64,000 nt of DNA from Chrysemys picta bellii (GCF_011386835.1 NC_088802.1:310001-374000); one strand, 5' to 3'. Numbered from the stretch's first letter, positions 29,676 through 43,109 are shown. The notes: a model not told the origin generated them from the letters alone. Made by a program: numbers and translations.

Positions 29676-31023
29676 TGTCTGCCCTGTGTTTGCAATAAAG
29701 TGCTGTTCTCAGAGCTGCCTCCTCGCTCTGTGTGTGGGGGGGGGGATCTTTGCGACTAGGGATCGACCCCCAATGGGGAGAGATTAGGGGGTTGTCATCG
29801 CCTCAGTGGAAGGGCAATGGGGAGGAGTAAACTTGGGCCCAGGGCCCAGCTGGGCAATCATCATTCTGGCCTGGGCCCCAAAGATTCTGTAGGGTGGAGG
29901 GGGTTGGTGTGGGGCTGGGTCTCAGGGGGCCCTTTCCCCTTGTGAACAGGGTAAGGGTGGTCAGTGCAGGCCCCAGCGGTTTTGGGGCAGCAGTGCGGGG
30001 TTCCATTCTGCATCCTGCTCTACCCCCAATTGGGGGAGGGGTACAGGAGGCTTCTTTGTGGCCTGTGTGCAGTGCTTCAGACCCTGCACCTCACCCCACC
30101 CATAGCTGTGCCCCTCCAGGGCTCCCTGCATAAACAGCCCCCATGCCCCACCTCGGGCAGCTGCAGGTGAGGTGGGTCCCTGCGTCCAAATTAGGGGCGT
30201 GGGAACATGCCATGGGGGACTGTCCTGGGACAAGGGGGCTCTGAAAAAGATGTGGGGGTCATGGTGGATAATCAGCTGCACATGGGTTGCCCGTGTGATG
30301 CTGCCCAGAAGCGCTCACGGGATGCCGAGATGCAGAAAGGGAGTTGTGAACAGAGAGGTTATTTTCCCTCCGGAGGGGGCCCTGGCACAGCTGTGGCTGG
30401 AAGGGGGTGTCCAGTTCTGCCGCCTGCAATTCCAGAAGGCTGTTGATAAGCTGGAGGAGTCAGAGAAGAGCCGTGAGAACGAAGAGAGGAAGGAAAAAGG
30501 CCGTCCAGTGCTAGGCTCCGGGAGGTCAATGGTGGGGTTTTAAATGAGGATTGGCTGCTTCTCTAAAACGAATTCTGTGCTAGAGGTTATGGTGGGGCCG
30601 GTCGCTGCCGTGGGGTCAGACTAGATAGGCACAAATATCCCTTTTGGCCTTGGAATCTGTGAAACCTGCCCCTCCCCAGAGGTGGCTGCATCCCTGTGCC
30701 CCTGGTGAGTTCCCCCCTATCACGTGGGCTGTGCTGAATTCACTGGCCTCCCTGCTCATGGGTCTGTATGGGATAGTTTAGGCCTGTGCCCTCATCCAAC
30801 ATGGCCGCCGCTTGACTTCGCCCTTTCGTCCAGCCCCCCGTCTCAGCGGCCGGATAGTTGCCCTCACCCATGATGTCACCTGTACGGCTTCACTACCGGG
30901 CAGGTTGTCGCCGCGTTGATTGGCCGCGGGCTTAGTCGCCTCGCTCCGTGATTGGATGCGGCAGCCGGGACCGGAAGAGCCTGGCCCGCAGCTGGAGGCT
31001 GCACGTGGTTCCAGGCGCTGAGG

Positions 31024-34000
31024 ATGGAGGCGGTGGCTGGGAGCGGGGCGCAGGGGGGGCCAGCCGGGGGGGGCAAGAAGGTGAGTGCCGGGGAAGTGAG
31101 CCCCTCCCCTCGGGAGTGGGGCAGTTCCCCCCCCGTGTCGGTGGGGCGGGGATTCCCCGTGGAGGGGGTGGAGGTTACCTCTTCCCCCCGTGTCTGTGGG
31201 GCGGGGATTCCCCCGGGGGGGGCTGTTCCCCCCCCGCCGTGTCGGTGGGGCGGGGATTCCCCGTGGAGGGGGTGGAGGTTACCTCTCCCCCGCGTGTCTG
31301 TGGGGCGGGGATTCCCCCGGGGGGGGCAGTTCCCCCCCGTGTCGGTGGGGCGGGGATTCCCCGTGGAGGGGGTGGTGGTTACCTCTCCCCCCCCCCGTGT
31401 CTGTGGGGCGGGGATTCCCCCGGGGGTGCGGTGGTTACCTCTCCCCCCCCCCGTGTCTGTGGGGCGGGGATTCCCCCGGGGGGGACGGTGGTTACCCCGT
31501 GTCATGAGCAGGGAGGGGGCAGGTCACTAACTCGAGTCGGGTGCATCCAGGGGGCGAACACCCAATTACAGGGGTTTGAGGGGGAGTTTATTGCCCCCAT
31601 GTCTGTGGGGCGGCGGGGTCTCTACGACAACTCTAGTAACTTGAGGACACGGGGGAGGGGCTGGCTGTATCCGTGGGGTGTCCCGCGAGGAGTGATCTGG
31701 GGGGCAGGGCTGGCAGCCCTGGGGACACGTCTGGGGCACCTAGTCCTTTGCTGGGTTAGGGGTGCAAGTCTTTCCCTGGGGGGGGTTGGAGGGCAGTTCC
31801 CCCCCCCCCGACTATGTGTTGTGGCTGGTGGTTCTGCCCCTAGTTGTGGTGGGGGGCACTCCCCATCAGACCAGTGGGAGTGGCTGGCTATTCTGCCCTG
31901 TGGGGCAGGTATCTCCCCACAAGTTGGGGGGCAGTTTTTAGTCTCTGTCCTCTGTGCCCCCCCCTCCCAGCTGGAGGAACTGATTCCCCCCATGTCTCAC
32001 CCCCTCACCAATCTCCCCACCTCCCGAGCTGGGGGTAACTGATTCTCCCCCACGATTCATCCCCCCTTTCTCTGCCCCGCACCCCCCGAAGAAGAAGACG
32101 ACGACAAAGAAGCTGCAGCGCTACTGGGAAGGGGCCCCCCAGCCGGACCCCCCCGCAGCTGCCCCCTCCAAGGCCAAGAGGCGTCGTCGCAATGAGAAGA
32201 CCAGGCCAAGGGCTGGGGCAAAGGGGAGCCTGGAGGCCAGGAAGAGGCCGCGGGCGTCAGAGGCCGCAGGCCGGATCTCTGGGGTAAGGCTGGGAATGCT
32301 GGGGGGCTGGCCATGGGGGGAGGAGGGGCAGCTGAGGTTGGGGGGACGAGGGCCGGGGGATTGCACGACAAAAGGGAGTACCGTTGGGGCTCTGGGGGGG
32401 ATGGGGGCCCGTAGCAGGCCCCCCCACCCTCTGTCTGTCTGTCTGTGTCTCTCTCTCTCTTCCTAGAAGAGGGACCCGTTCCCCGGACCCGCCCCCCTCT
32501 CTCGCCACAAGGTGAAGAAATTCCAACGGGGCCAGAAATCGCAGCTGGTGAGTTGAGGGGCGTGGTGGAAATCGGGGGGGCAGCTGGGTCTCTGGGGGTT
32601 GCCGGGCAGTTACTGACCCCCAGTGGTGGGGGGCGGGAGGGACGGGGCCACGTGCGGCTCTCACCCCGTCTGTCTGTCCGTCCGTCCACCCCCCCAGGCA
32701 GGGGCGTCCAGCCGGCGGCTCCGGGACCATCTGGCCTCGCTGGATCAGAAGGTGGAGCTGGCAGCGCAGCAGGCCGCGCGCATGGAGCTGCTGCTGCCCG
32801 AGGAGCCAGGGTGAGTGCCCCCCCCCCCCCCCCGGAGCTGGGGCAGCTGCCCCAGTGCCCCCATCATCTGCTACCTTCAGGTCCCCGCGCGGTGCTGCCA
32901 CTTGAGCCGGGGCTACCCGCTGGTTCTCCCCCACCCCCGTGGGATGGGTGATACACACACCCCCTTAACTCCATACACATGCCCCCGATCCCGGCCGGCT
33001 CCCCTCCCCCACCAGTGCTGTCCATTCCCAGCTCTCACCCCCCCCCCCCCCCGCAGGTTCCTGGAGGGGGACCCCGGCGAGGACACCTGCACCATCGCCC
33101 AGGCCGACATCGCTGAGGCTGCCGACATCGCCAGCGCCACCAAGGTCAGAGACGCCCCCACACACCGGGGGGGGGGGGGGGAGGGTGTCGTGAGGTGGGG
33201 GGAATGGCAGGGGGAGGGGTCGCCCCTAGGATGTGGGGGGGTCACTGGGCAGTATTGGGGGGGATCACGGGAGCATCTCAGTGGTGCAGGGGGGTCACCG
33301 GGGGGATCCCGGGGCAGCGTCTCTGGGGGGCTCACCCGGGGTTGGTGGTCCCTGTGCTGTGTCTAACCAGGTCTCTACCCCCCATAGCACTTTGAGCTGA
33401 CACTGAACCAGTTTGGCCCCTACCGGATGGATTATACCCGACCTGGCCGGTGAGTGGGGGGATGGGCAGGGAGGAGCATGTGGGGGGAGAGTAGGAGGGA
33501 GGGGGACCCATGGGGCAGGTGGGAATCAGTGGGGAAGGAGTGGGGGGTTGGCTGGCTGTACCTAGGTGGCAGGTCTTCTGGGGAGCGGTTGAAGAGGCAG
33601 GGCCCGACTGGGTTCTCCTGTGTGGGGGAGGGTCTGCGTCAGGGACCCCTAACCCCACAGGCCTCCCCTGAGCTGCTCTGGGGGTCCCAGCAGGATCCGA
33701 TAGGGGCAGGTCAGGAGACATACGGAGACTGGATTGTGTGTGTTAGAAGATGAGTCTCCCCGGTCCATGGCCAGGGGGTTCCCCGGCTGCTCCCCTCATC
33801 CCTCCCATCTCCCCCCACAGGCACCTGCTGCTGGGGGGCCGGCGGGGCCACGTGGCAGCCCTGGACTGGCAAACCAAGTCACTGCTATGTGAGATCAACG
33901 TCATGGAGACGGTCACTGACGTCACGTGAGTGTGCGACTGGGGGCATGCGACACAGATGGGCACTTGAGTGGCGGGGGGGGGGGGGGGACGACAAGGATG

Positions 34001-35363
34001 GGCGACCAGGGGGTGTGCAACACGGAGGAGTCCGGGAGGGCTGGGGGCTGCATCCGCTGCTCCCTGCAGGTGTAACGGTGCATCAGCAGGACGTGCCCAT
34101 TGCACATGTGGGTGTGCATTGGGAAAGCGAGTGTGCACATCCCTGCCCGCCCATGGCTGGGGAGGCTGGTTGGGTTGCACGAGGGGGCGTGTTGCACAGG
34201 CAGTGTTTGCCAGGTTGCACACGGGCTGAGCCGTGCAATGGGACACGTCGTCGCCTCCCCCATCTCACCCCCTCTTCCCCCGTCCCCAGGTGGCTGCACA
34301 CCGAGACCATGTTCGCGGTGGCCCAGCGGCGCTGGCTCTACGTCTACGACAACCAGGGCGTGGAGCTGAACTGCCTGAAACGCTTCAACGGGGTCCTGCG
34401 CATGGAGTTCCTGCCCTACCACTTCCTGCTGGCCACCGCGGTGAGCGGGGGGGAGGGGGGTCCTGCTGGCCACTGCGGTGAGCGGGGGGGGGGGGTCCTG
34501 CTGGCCACCGCGAGGTGGGGGGGAGTCCCTGCTGGCCACCGCGATGAGCAGGGGGGTGAGGGAGTCCTGCTGCCCACCGCGGTGAACGGGGGGGGGGGGT
34601 CCTGCTAGTCATCACGGTGAATGGGGGGGGGGTCCCACTGTGTGGGGGTTCAGATGCTGGGGTTCCTGCTGCTCACCACAGCGAAAGAGGGGGGGCCCGG
34701 ACACCAGGGCTCCTGCTGGCCAATGCGGTAAAGCGGGGAGTGGGCCTGGGCGCCAGGGTTTGGGGGCCGGTGCCCCACTGATCCCTCGTACCCCGTGCAG
34801 AGCGAGACGGGGTTCCTGCAGTACCTGGACATCTCGGTAGGGAAGGAAGTTGCCACCATCTGCACCCGGGGGGGGCGCCTGGGCGTGATGGGGCAGAACC
34901 CGGCCAACGCCATCGTCCACCTGGGACACAGCAATGGTGAGACTGCCCCAACCCTGCCCCATTGCTACTCCCCCGCCCCACTGCTTCCCCACCCTGTCCC
35001 CAAACCCACCGCTACCCCCACTGCTACCCCCAACTCTTCCCCCAACTCCGTCCCGACTCCAACCCCATTGCTACCCCCCTGTACTGCATAACCAACCACC
35101 CGCCCAGCCACTGCCCTTGTCCACCAGGGCAAAGCAACGGTGAGACCTCCCTGTGCCCCACCATAATCCCCTGACGCCCCTGTACCCCATAACCAACCTG
35201 CAGCCTGGCCAGCGCCATCATCCACTGTGGGTACAGCAGCAGTGAGACCCACCCCTGCGCCATCGTCCCCTGCCCCACACTGCTAGGAGCGTTTCTCCCG
35301 GGGCCCTCAAGCCCTGTGAGTGTCAGTGTGTTATCCCCACCCCATCCCCCCGGCAGGGCCCAG

Positions 35364-35395
<32 letters not shown>

Positions 35396-38300
35396 CAGGC
35401 TCAGACAGGGATGTTCCATCAACCTCCCAGCATGCACTGGGCTCAGCGTGGCCCCATCCCCCCGTAGCCTGGCCTGGTCAGTCAGACCCAGTGCTATGAC
35501 TCCCCCTTAGCGCCCCCCCAGCCGTGAACCTGGCCCTGTCCATTCCCTCCACCCCTTGTTAACCCCTTGTGCCCAGTGGGGGGTGACCACCCCCCCATTA
35601 ACTCCTCGTGCTCTGTGCCCCCCCCCCCCCCCCCCCCCCCCAGGCACTGTGACCCTGTGGAGCCCCAACGTCAAGGAACCCCTGGTGCGGATGTTGTGCC
35701 ACCAAGGGGGGGTCCGGGCTGTGGCCGTCGATAGCTCTGGAACGTGAGTGACTGGGGGGGCAGCCCTGCTGTGGTGGGGAGGGGCCTGAGGGGTGAGTAG
35801 GGAAAGGGGGCCACAGGGGTGCATGTGGGGGAAGGAGGGGAGCTAGGGGTGGGGTCTCCCTCCACTTTCCCCAGCTACATGGTGTCATCAGGGCAGGGGT
35901 GGAATATGGAGCGGGGGGGGTCACTCTATGGGTCTCTCCCCACCTCCCCCCAGGTACATGGCGATGTCGGGGCTGGCATGGGAGAGGAGGAGGGTGGGGG
36001 GGTCAGGCTGTGATCTCCCCCCAGGTACATGGCGACGTCGAGGCTGGGGTGGGACGGTGGGGGGGCTTCGGGGTGACACTGGGGGGGGTCACACTGTGGG
36101 TCTGCTCCCGCCAGATACATGGTGATGTCAGGGCTGGTGGGGGGTGGGGATGTCACACTGTGGGTCTGCCCCCGCCTCCTGCCAGATACATGGTGATGTC
36201 AGGGCTGGTGGCACTGTGGTCTCTCCCCGTCTCCCCCCAGGTACATGGCGACGTCGGGGCTGGGGTGGGAGAGGAGGGGGGGCTTGGAGGGTGACACTGG
36301 AGGGTCGGGGGGGTCACGCTGTGGTCTCTCCCCGTCTCCCCCCAGGTACATGGCGACGTCGGGGCTGGGGTGGGAGAGGAGGGGGGGCTTGGAGGGTGAC
36401 ACTGGAGGGTCAGGGGGGGTCACACTGTGGTCTCTCCCCGTCTCCCCCCAGGTACATGGCGACGTCGGGGCTGGACCGGAAGCTGCGTGTCTACGACCTC
36501 CGGGCGTATCAGCCCCTGCAGTCGCTGGTGCTGCCCGTGGGCGCCGGGCACCTGAGCTTCAGCCAGCGGGGGCTGCTGGCGGCCGCCTGCGGGGACGTGG
36601 TGCAGGTAACGGTTCCGCCTCCCCCTGCACACACCGGCACCCCCCTACTGCCCGCACCCCCCGGCACCCCCCTACTGCCCGCACCCCCCGGCACCCCCCT
36701 ACTGCCCGCACCCCCCGGCACCCCCCCTACTGCCCGCACCCCCCGGCACCCCCCTACTCCCCGCCCACACTGGCACCCCCCCTACTCCCCGCACACACCG
36801 GCACTGGGCCTTCAGCCAGCTGGGGGTAGCTGTGGGGTCGTGGGGCAGGTAAAGGAGGGACCCTTATACTCTGGGACATCCCCCCGCTCTCGCTGGACTC
36901 AGCAGGGCCCCATCCGCCCTGCATCCTTCCCCTGCGGACTGGGGATTGCTCAAACCCACTTCCCCCTCCCCCCCCCCCAAAAAAAAGGGGAAAAAAAAGA
37001 AGAAGCTGGGCACTGCTTTGGGGAGAGGTAACTAGTGGTGTCCCCCAGGGGTCTGCACGGGGCCCCGTCCTAGTCAACATGTTCATAAATGATCTGGGAA
37101 AAAGGGGTAAACGGTGAGGTGGCAAAATTTGCAGATGATACAAAATTACTCCAGATAGTTAAGTCCAAAGCAGACTGTGAAGAGTTACAAAGGGGTCTCA
37201 CAAAACTGGGTGGCTGGGCAACAAAATGGCAGATGAAATTCAGTGTTGATAAATGCAAAGTAATGCACGTCAGAAAACATGATTCCAATATTGCATACAA
37301 GATGATGGGGTCTGAATTAGCTGTTACCACTCAAGAAAGAGATCTTGGAGTCATTGTGGAGAGTTCTCTGAAAACATCCACTCGATGTGCAGCGGCAGCC
37401 AAAAAAGCGAACAGAATGTTGCAAATCATTAGGAAAGAGATAGATAATAGGACAGAAAATATTGTGTTACCTCTATAGAAATCCATGGTACGCCCACATC
37501 TTGAATACTGTGCGCAGATGTGGTCACCCCATCTCAAAAATGATATATTGGAATTGGGAAAGGTTCAGAAAAGGGCAACAAAAATGATTAGGGGTTTGCA
37601 ATGGCTGCCGTATGAGGAGAGATTAATAAGACTGGGACTTTTCAGCTTGGAAAAGAGATGGCTAAGGGGATATATCATTAAGGTCTATAAAATCATGATT
37701 GGTGTAGAGAACTAGGGATCACCAAAGGAAATTAATAGGCAGCAGGTTTAAGTATTTTTTCACAGAACGTACAGTCAACCTGTGGAACTCCTTGACAGAG
37801 GATGTTGTGAAGGCCAAGACTATAAAAGGGTTCAAAAAAGAACTAGATAAGTTCCTGGAGGATAGGTCCGTCAAGGGCTATTAGCCAGGATGAGCAGGGA
37901 TGGTGTCCCTGGCCTCTGTTTGCCAGAAGCTGGGAATGAGCGACAGGGGATGGATCACTTGATGATTCCCTGTTCTGTTCATTCCCTCTGGGGCACCTGG
38001 CACTGGCCACTGTCGGTAGACAGGATACTGGGCTAGATGGACCGTTGCTCTGACCCAGGGTGGACGTTCTTATGAGCCTGGGCCCCGTCTGTCCCCCACC
38101 CCCAACCTGAGCACCACCCAAGGGGGAGCTCGGACTGCCCTGTGCTCTGACACCCCCTGTGAGCCAGGCCCTGCTGCAGGCACTGATCCCCCATGTCTGC
38201 TCCCTCCCCCCAGGTGTACCGGGACGTGCCCGTGCAGCCGCCTCACAAGCCCTACCTGTCGCACACGCTGCCCCAGGCGGCCCACGGCCTGCGCTTCTGC

Positions 38301-39919
38301 CCCTTCGAGGACGTGCTGGGCGTAGGGCACGGCAGCGGCTTCACCAGCCTGCTGGTGCCAGGTACGGACCCCCCATAGTGTCCCCCCACAGTACCACCCC
38401 CCCAATCCCCCATGGTGTCACCAGCCACCTGGTGCGAGGTATGGACCCCCCATAGCACCCCTCCCAGTACCACCCCCCAATCCCCCACGGCGTCACCAGC
38501 CTCCTGGTGCCAGGTATGGCTCCCCACAACTCCCCATGTGCCCGGTAGCTGACATGCCTGTCATGTGCCCCCTGCTACAAGCCTGCGGGGGACTGGCACG
38601 GCTGTGTGTCTGTCCATGGCAGAGGGGGGATGGCTCCCTGCCCCCACTAACCTCCTGTTGTCTCCTCTCCTCCCATACCCCCCCAGGTGCTGGACAGGCA
38701 AATTTCGACGCGCTGGAGAACAACCCGTTCCGGAGCCGGAAGCAGCGGCAGGAGTGGGAGGTCAAGGCCCTGCTGGAGAAGGTAACGTCATCTCCCCACC
38801 CCTGCACACAATACTCAGCCCTGTCCCGCCCCCGCCGCCCTGCCCTCCCCCATGCAGCCCCAGCTGGGGGGCAGCTGGATCTCAGTGGTGGGCCACTGCT
38901 CCGGGGCCAAGGGAGCTGATGCTGGGGGGAGGGGACACCAGGGTGGGTAGCTGGGATGTCTGGTGGGGCACCGCCAGGAGGGGTGGTGTCATGGGAATGG
39001 GGAGCCTGGGTGGTCCGGGCCCCCCTAACAGCTTGGCCCCCGGCAGATCCCGTCGGAGCTGATCACGCTGGACCCGGGACAGCTGGGCCGGGTGGACACC
39101 ATCACCATGGAGCAGAAGCACCAGGAGCGAGTGGAGCGGCTGGTGAGCGACTGGGGGGGGGCGGCACCGTGGTGCATTGTGGGAAGCGGGGGGGGGCACC
39201 ATGGTGCATTGTGGGAAGTGGGGGGGCACCGTGGTGTGTTGTGGGAAGTGGGGGGCGGGTGGACAGTGGGGACCAGGCAGTGTCACGGTTGCTGTGGCAT
39301 GTCAGGAGCGTGGGGTGGGGGGGGACACGCCGCGGTGCATGGTGGGATGCAGGAGGACTCTCTCACACTCCTTCCCGACCCCCAGGGCTTCGACCCCCAG
39401 GCCAAGCCGGCGTTCCAGCCGCGCCGGAAGCTGAAGGGACGCAGCTCAGCCGGGAGCCTCCTGCGGCGCAAGAAGAAGGTGGCGAACCAGGAGCAGCGGG
39501 TACATCCGTCCGTACTGTCCACCTGTCTGTCCCATCCGCCCTTGGGCCAGCCCTTACCCATCAGGCTTTGCTCCCCACCCCGGAGAGCCAGCTCTCCACT
39601 TCCTGTCTCAAACAGGGACTTCCCGTGTGCCCCGCCCCCCACAACTCCCCTGTCCTACTGGGCCAGTGACGTCCGGGGGCATCTGCCCCATACCCCAGGG
39701 CTCCATTACACTGTGAATTGGGGGGTGGGGTGGGGGGGTTGGATCCCAGGGCTGCTCCCCCCCATTGGGCCATTTACTGGGGTGTCTCTGGCTCACCCCC
39801 GCTCCCCCTTCCCGCAGACCAAGATCCGGAAGAGCCTGGAGCAGCAGCAGGTGGCGGAGCGAGAACCGAAGGCGGCACCCCGGGCTCAGAGGTCAGCGCT
39901 GGATCGGTTCAAGAAATAG
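31024..39919 (+). CDS. WDR46: WD repeat protein 46 (UTP7/BING4 family, SSU processome), complete, about 597 aa
   Basis: Exons 31024-31080, about 32092-32283 (acceptor ambiguous among in-frame AAG/CAG), 32467-32547, 32698-32810, 33057-33144, 33388-33449, 33821-33925, 34290-34440, 34801-34936, 35644-35743, 36452-36605, 38214-38361, 38687-38781, 39047-39142, 39386-39499, 39818-39919 total 1794 nt. Motifs [44 protein letters not shown] and SALDRF. Confidence 0.95.
34441..34625 (+). repeat. About 37-bp array copying the WDR46 exon 8 end plus donor
   Basis: CTGCTGGCCACCGCG-GTGAG is followed by about 5 progressively degenerate copies. Confidence 0.85.
35860..36451 (+). repeat. Array copying the WDR46 exon 11 acceptor plus exon start
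   Basis: CCAG-(G/A/C)TACATGG(C/T)G.. recurs at about 35873, 35953, 36024, 36113, 36184, 36240 and 36345, before the true exon at 36452. Confidence 0.9.
36635..36800. repeat. 27-bp minisatellite in WDR46 intron 11
   Basis: GGCACCCCCCTACTGCCCGCACCCCCC, about 5-6 copies. Confidence 0.9.
37020..38074 (+). mobile_element. 5'-truncated CR1 LINE (RT C-terminus plus 3' UTR) in WDR46 intron 11
   Basis: ORFs 37089-37478 and 37485-37715 contain KFADDTKL and [15 protein letters not shown], interrupted by a stop; the element ends ...GTTCTTATG. Confidence 0.93.
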
Positions 39920-40052
39920 CCTTGGGGAGGCTGGGGGGAGGGGATTGCCCCCCATGGGGGCGAAAGGGGTCACGAGCGTTACCCATCCCCTCTGGGGTGG
40001 GGGCGGGGTGGGGTCCCCCACTCACCCTGCACTGTCACCCTGCTATTTTTGT

Positions 40053-40058
40053 ATTAAA
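40053..40058 (+). terminator. WDR46 polyadenylation signal
   Basis: ATTAAA about 135 nt after the stop codon, followed by a GT-rich tract. Confidence 0.65.
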
Positions 40059-40819
40059 GTTGTCGTTTGCATTGCCTGGCTCTGGTTTGGGGCAGAGAGG
40101 GGGAGGGGGTTACTCGAGGTGGGGGGCAGAGGGGAGCATGGCTGGGAGCCAAGCGCAGGCTGGCGGGGGCTCGGGCGGCTCTGTACAGCGGGGAGGGAGA
40201 AGAGCTCCCAGCCGATACCCGCACCCAGCCAGCTGGGGGGAAACAGGCTCAGAGCCAAGGGAGGCTGGAAATTCAAAGGCTTGTGGGTGTCAGCGGGAGG
40301 TTCTGGACCAGCCTCCCCCAGCCGCAGAGGGGGCTTGGCTCCGGGCAAATGCTCCCTCTGGGTCCTGACTCCTGGGCCCAGGCCCAGCCCCGGGAGCCCC
40401 GTCTGCTTTATGCCTCTGCAGTAGAACGGAGCCTGTGCGTGGGGGGGACCTACAGGCCAGCTTCCCCCCCCCCCCCCCCCCCCGGCCAGGCAGGCGAATG
40501 ACTCCCCAGCGTCCCTGCTCTGCTGGGGATGAGCTGTAGCCCCTGCCAGCCCCCCGTGGAGTCCCCAGGGGCGCTGGGCACAGGACCGGCTGCTGTTCAG
40601 CTGTTGTGTCACAGCCCCCGTGCTGGGCGCAAGGTGGAGCTGGAGCCGTTTATCCCAGGGTGAGCAAGGACAGGGCACTGACCCAGGGAGGCCCCGGGCT
40701 GGCTGAGAGTTCGCTTTCAGAATGGCGACGCGCTGCCCGTTCGCTTCCTAGCTGCAAGTCGGGCAACTGCCGGCTTTGCCTCCTAGCAATGCCCCTCAAC
40801 GGTCACTGGCCGTGTGCTG

Positions 40820-41300
40820 AGACACGGCTCCTCAGGCCCGGTGCTCTCGCACGGCTCTGGGACAGTCCTGGGGGACCCCTTCTGTGTATCAGCCCCCTTA
40901 GTGTCTCACACTCTTGCTGCGGTCAGCCCCTCGGCGTCACCTCCTGGGACTGACCCTCGGCGCCTTCAGCATCCCTCCTTCCTGCTGTGAGCGCCCCATA
41001 GCGACTCCACCTGAGTTGGACACCCGGGGAAGACTTGCACCCTCAAAGGGAGCACTGCACCTCCAGCTCCCTTGATCTAAGGTGACTCTCAGCCAGCCGT
41101 GTAAAAGCAGAAAGGTTTATTAGATGTCTGTAACACAGCGTAGCAAGTCTTTAGTTAACACAGACAATGGAAAGTTACAGCCAGGTGGATCTGGATCCGT
41201 CCAGAGCCCTCTAACTCCTCTTTGATCCCAGTCCAGAAGGTTCTTTCCTGCCTCCAGCAGCCCACACTTAACAACCCCCCCCCCCCCCCCGTTAACCATG
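40820..41300 (-). mobile_element. Diverged LTR remnant related to the element at 57851-58570
   Basis: Shares CACCTCCTGGG.CTGACC, GTGACTCTCAGCCAGC, GGTTTATTAG and AACACAGCGTA with the reverse complement of that LTR. Ends are uncertain. Confidence 0.5.
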
Positions 41301-41999
41301 CACCACACAGGGGAAACTCACATCCCCGGGCCGTGCATCAGTTCTCTCTCTCTCTCTCTCTCTCTCTCTACCACCCCTCCCAGGGAAGCTAGTGATCCAG
41401 CCACCAGCCCGAGTTCAATGATAAGTCTGGTCATGGGCCAGCTGAGGCGCATTGCGTGTAGGCTAAGGACTTAGACCTCGCCCGCTGTGTGGGGCTCCCC
41501 CCCCGGCTGCCGGGAAGCCCGGGTTCCCCTTGGCTGGCGATGAATCCCTGACCCCCATGGTCAGCGTCATCACGTAACGCCTCACCTGGTAGCTGTATGT
41601 CCCTGGCCCAGTGCCCGGCATGGCCCAGTGCCCGGCACGGCCCGGCAGGAGTGGGCGGTGACCCCTGCCCCCCGGCACTGAGTGGCTTGGGGCACATTCA
41701 CCTGCGAGCTGGTGCTGAGCCTGTGAACTGAGCACGGGTCCCAAAGGGCTCGGATGGTTCTCTGGCTCTGAGGCCTGGCCAACGTTAGACCTGTTAGTGC
41801 TGACATCGGGCAGGGCTCGCCAAGCCTGCCATCCCCACCCACTGCCAGGGACCCAGGGGGCAGGTACCAGCTCCTTGAGGGAAAGGTGGGGCTCCTGTCC
41901 CCTCCCTGCTAATTACAGAGTCTGTGCTCACCACCACACCCCATCCCATTCAGTCTATGGCCCGGCACCTCTCCAGAGCTGGGTGCAGCACAGGGCCCT

Positions 42000-42794
42000 T
42001 GTCAGGGTTCCCTCCCCACTCTGAACTCTGGGGTACAGACGTGGGGACCCCCATGAAAGACCCCCTAAGCTTATTTCTACCACCTTAGGTTAAAAATTTC
42101 CCCCAGGCACAAATTCCTTTCCTTGTCCTTGGACAGTATCGCTGCCACCACCAAGTGATTTAGACAAAAATTCAGGAAAGGGTCCCTTGTAATCCCTATC
42201 CCCCCAAAATATCCCCCAAGCCCCTTTCCTGGGGAGGCTTGAGACTAACATACCAACCCATTGATTCACAATGTGAGCACAGACCAAACCTTTTATCTTT
42301 AGAACACTAAAATCAATCAGGTTCTTAAGAACTTTATTATAAACAAAAAAGTAAAAGCATCACACCTGCAAAAATCAGGATGGAAGGTAACTTTACAGGG
42401 TAATAAAAAGATTTAAAACCCAGAGCATTCCCCCTCTGGACTCCGCTTCACAGTTACAAAAACAGGAATAAAACTACCTCTTAGCACAAGGAAAATTCAC
42501 AAGCCAAAACAAAAGATAATCTAACATATTTCCTTGCTATTACTTACAATTTCTGTAATTCTTAGATGGATTATGCCAGGTATATTTTCAGGAGATGTTG
42601 TCCCTGCCTGGCTTCTCTTTCCATTGGAACAAAAGAAGAGAGCACAAACAAAACCTCCCCCTCCCCCAGATTTGAAAGTATCTGCTTTCCTTATTAGTTC
42701 TTCTGGTCAGGTGCCAACCAGGTTATTTGAGCTTCTTAACCTCTTACCAGTAAAGCGATTCAGTACAGCTGCCCTTATCTGTAGGTTTATGACA
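42000..42794. mobile_element. Solo LTR, 795 bp
   Basis: TGTCA...TGACA termini with a perfect 5-bp TSD GCCCT (41995-41999 and 42795-42799); AT-rich interior. Confidence 0.88.
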
Positions 42795-42974
42795 GCCCTC
42801 ATGTGCGTGGCAAGACCCATGAGTGAGAGCAAGCCCCAACTCCCCCCACCATTGGGCCGGGCGCTGCCCAGACCCTGACCGAGATCAGGGCCCCGGTTTG
42901 GCTGAGTCCTCCACAGACACATACTGACACTCACTGTCCCAACACACTCACGGTTTACTAGACAAGAGCAAGAG

Positions 42975-43075
42975 TCTCATTTAACAAATGGGAAACTGAG
43001 GCACAAAGTGCTTTGGTGACTTGCCCCAGGTGTCTCACATAGAGCCAGGGCACAACCCAGGAGTCCTGGTTCTCC
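42975..43075 (+). mobile_element. MIR/CORE-SINE fragment
   Basis: TTTAACAAATGGGAAACTGAGGCACAAAG...TGACTTGCCC resembles the MIR core. Confidence 0.7.
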
Positions 43076-43109
43076 CCCTCGCACCCCCCCAAACTCTAAC
43101 ACACTAGCC

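Noticed and set aside
35375-35400. Long pure C or G runs here and at similar sites (for example 7667-7685 and 35619-35641) as functional elements
   Set aside because: Run lengths are unreliable in this assembly; the 7667 run corresponds to mixed sequence in copy 2.
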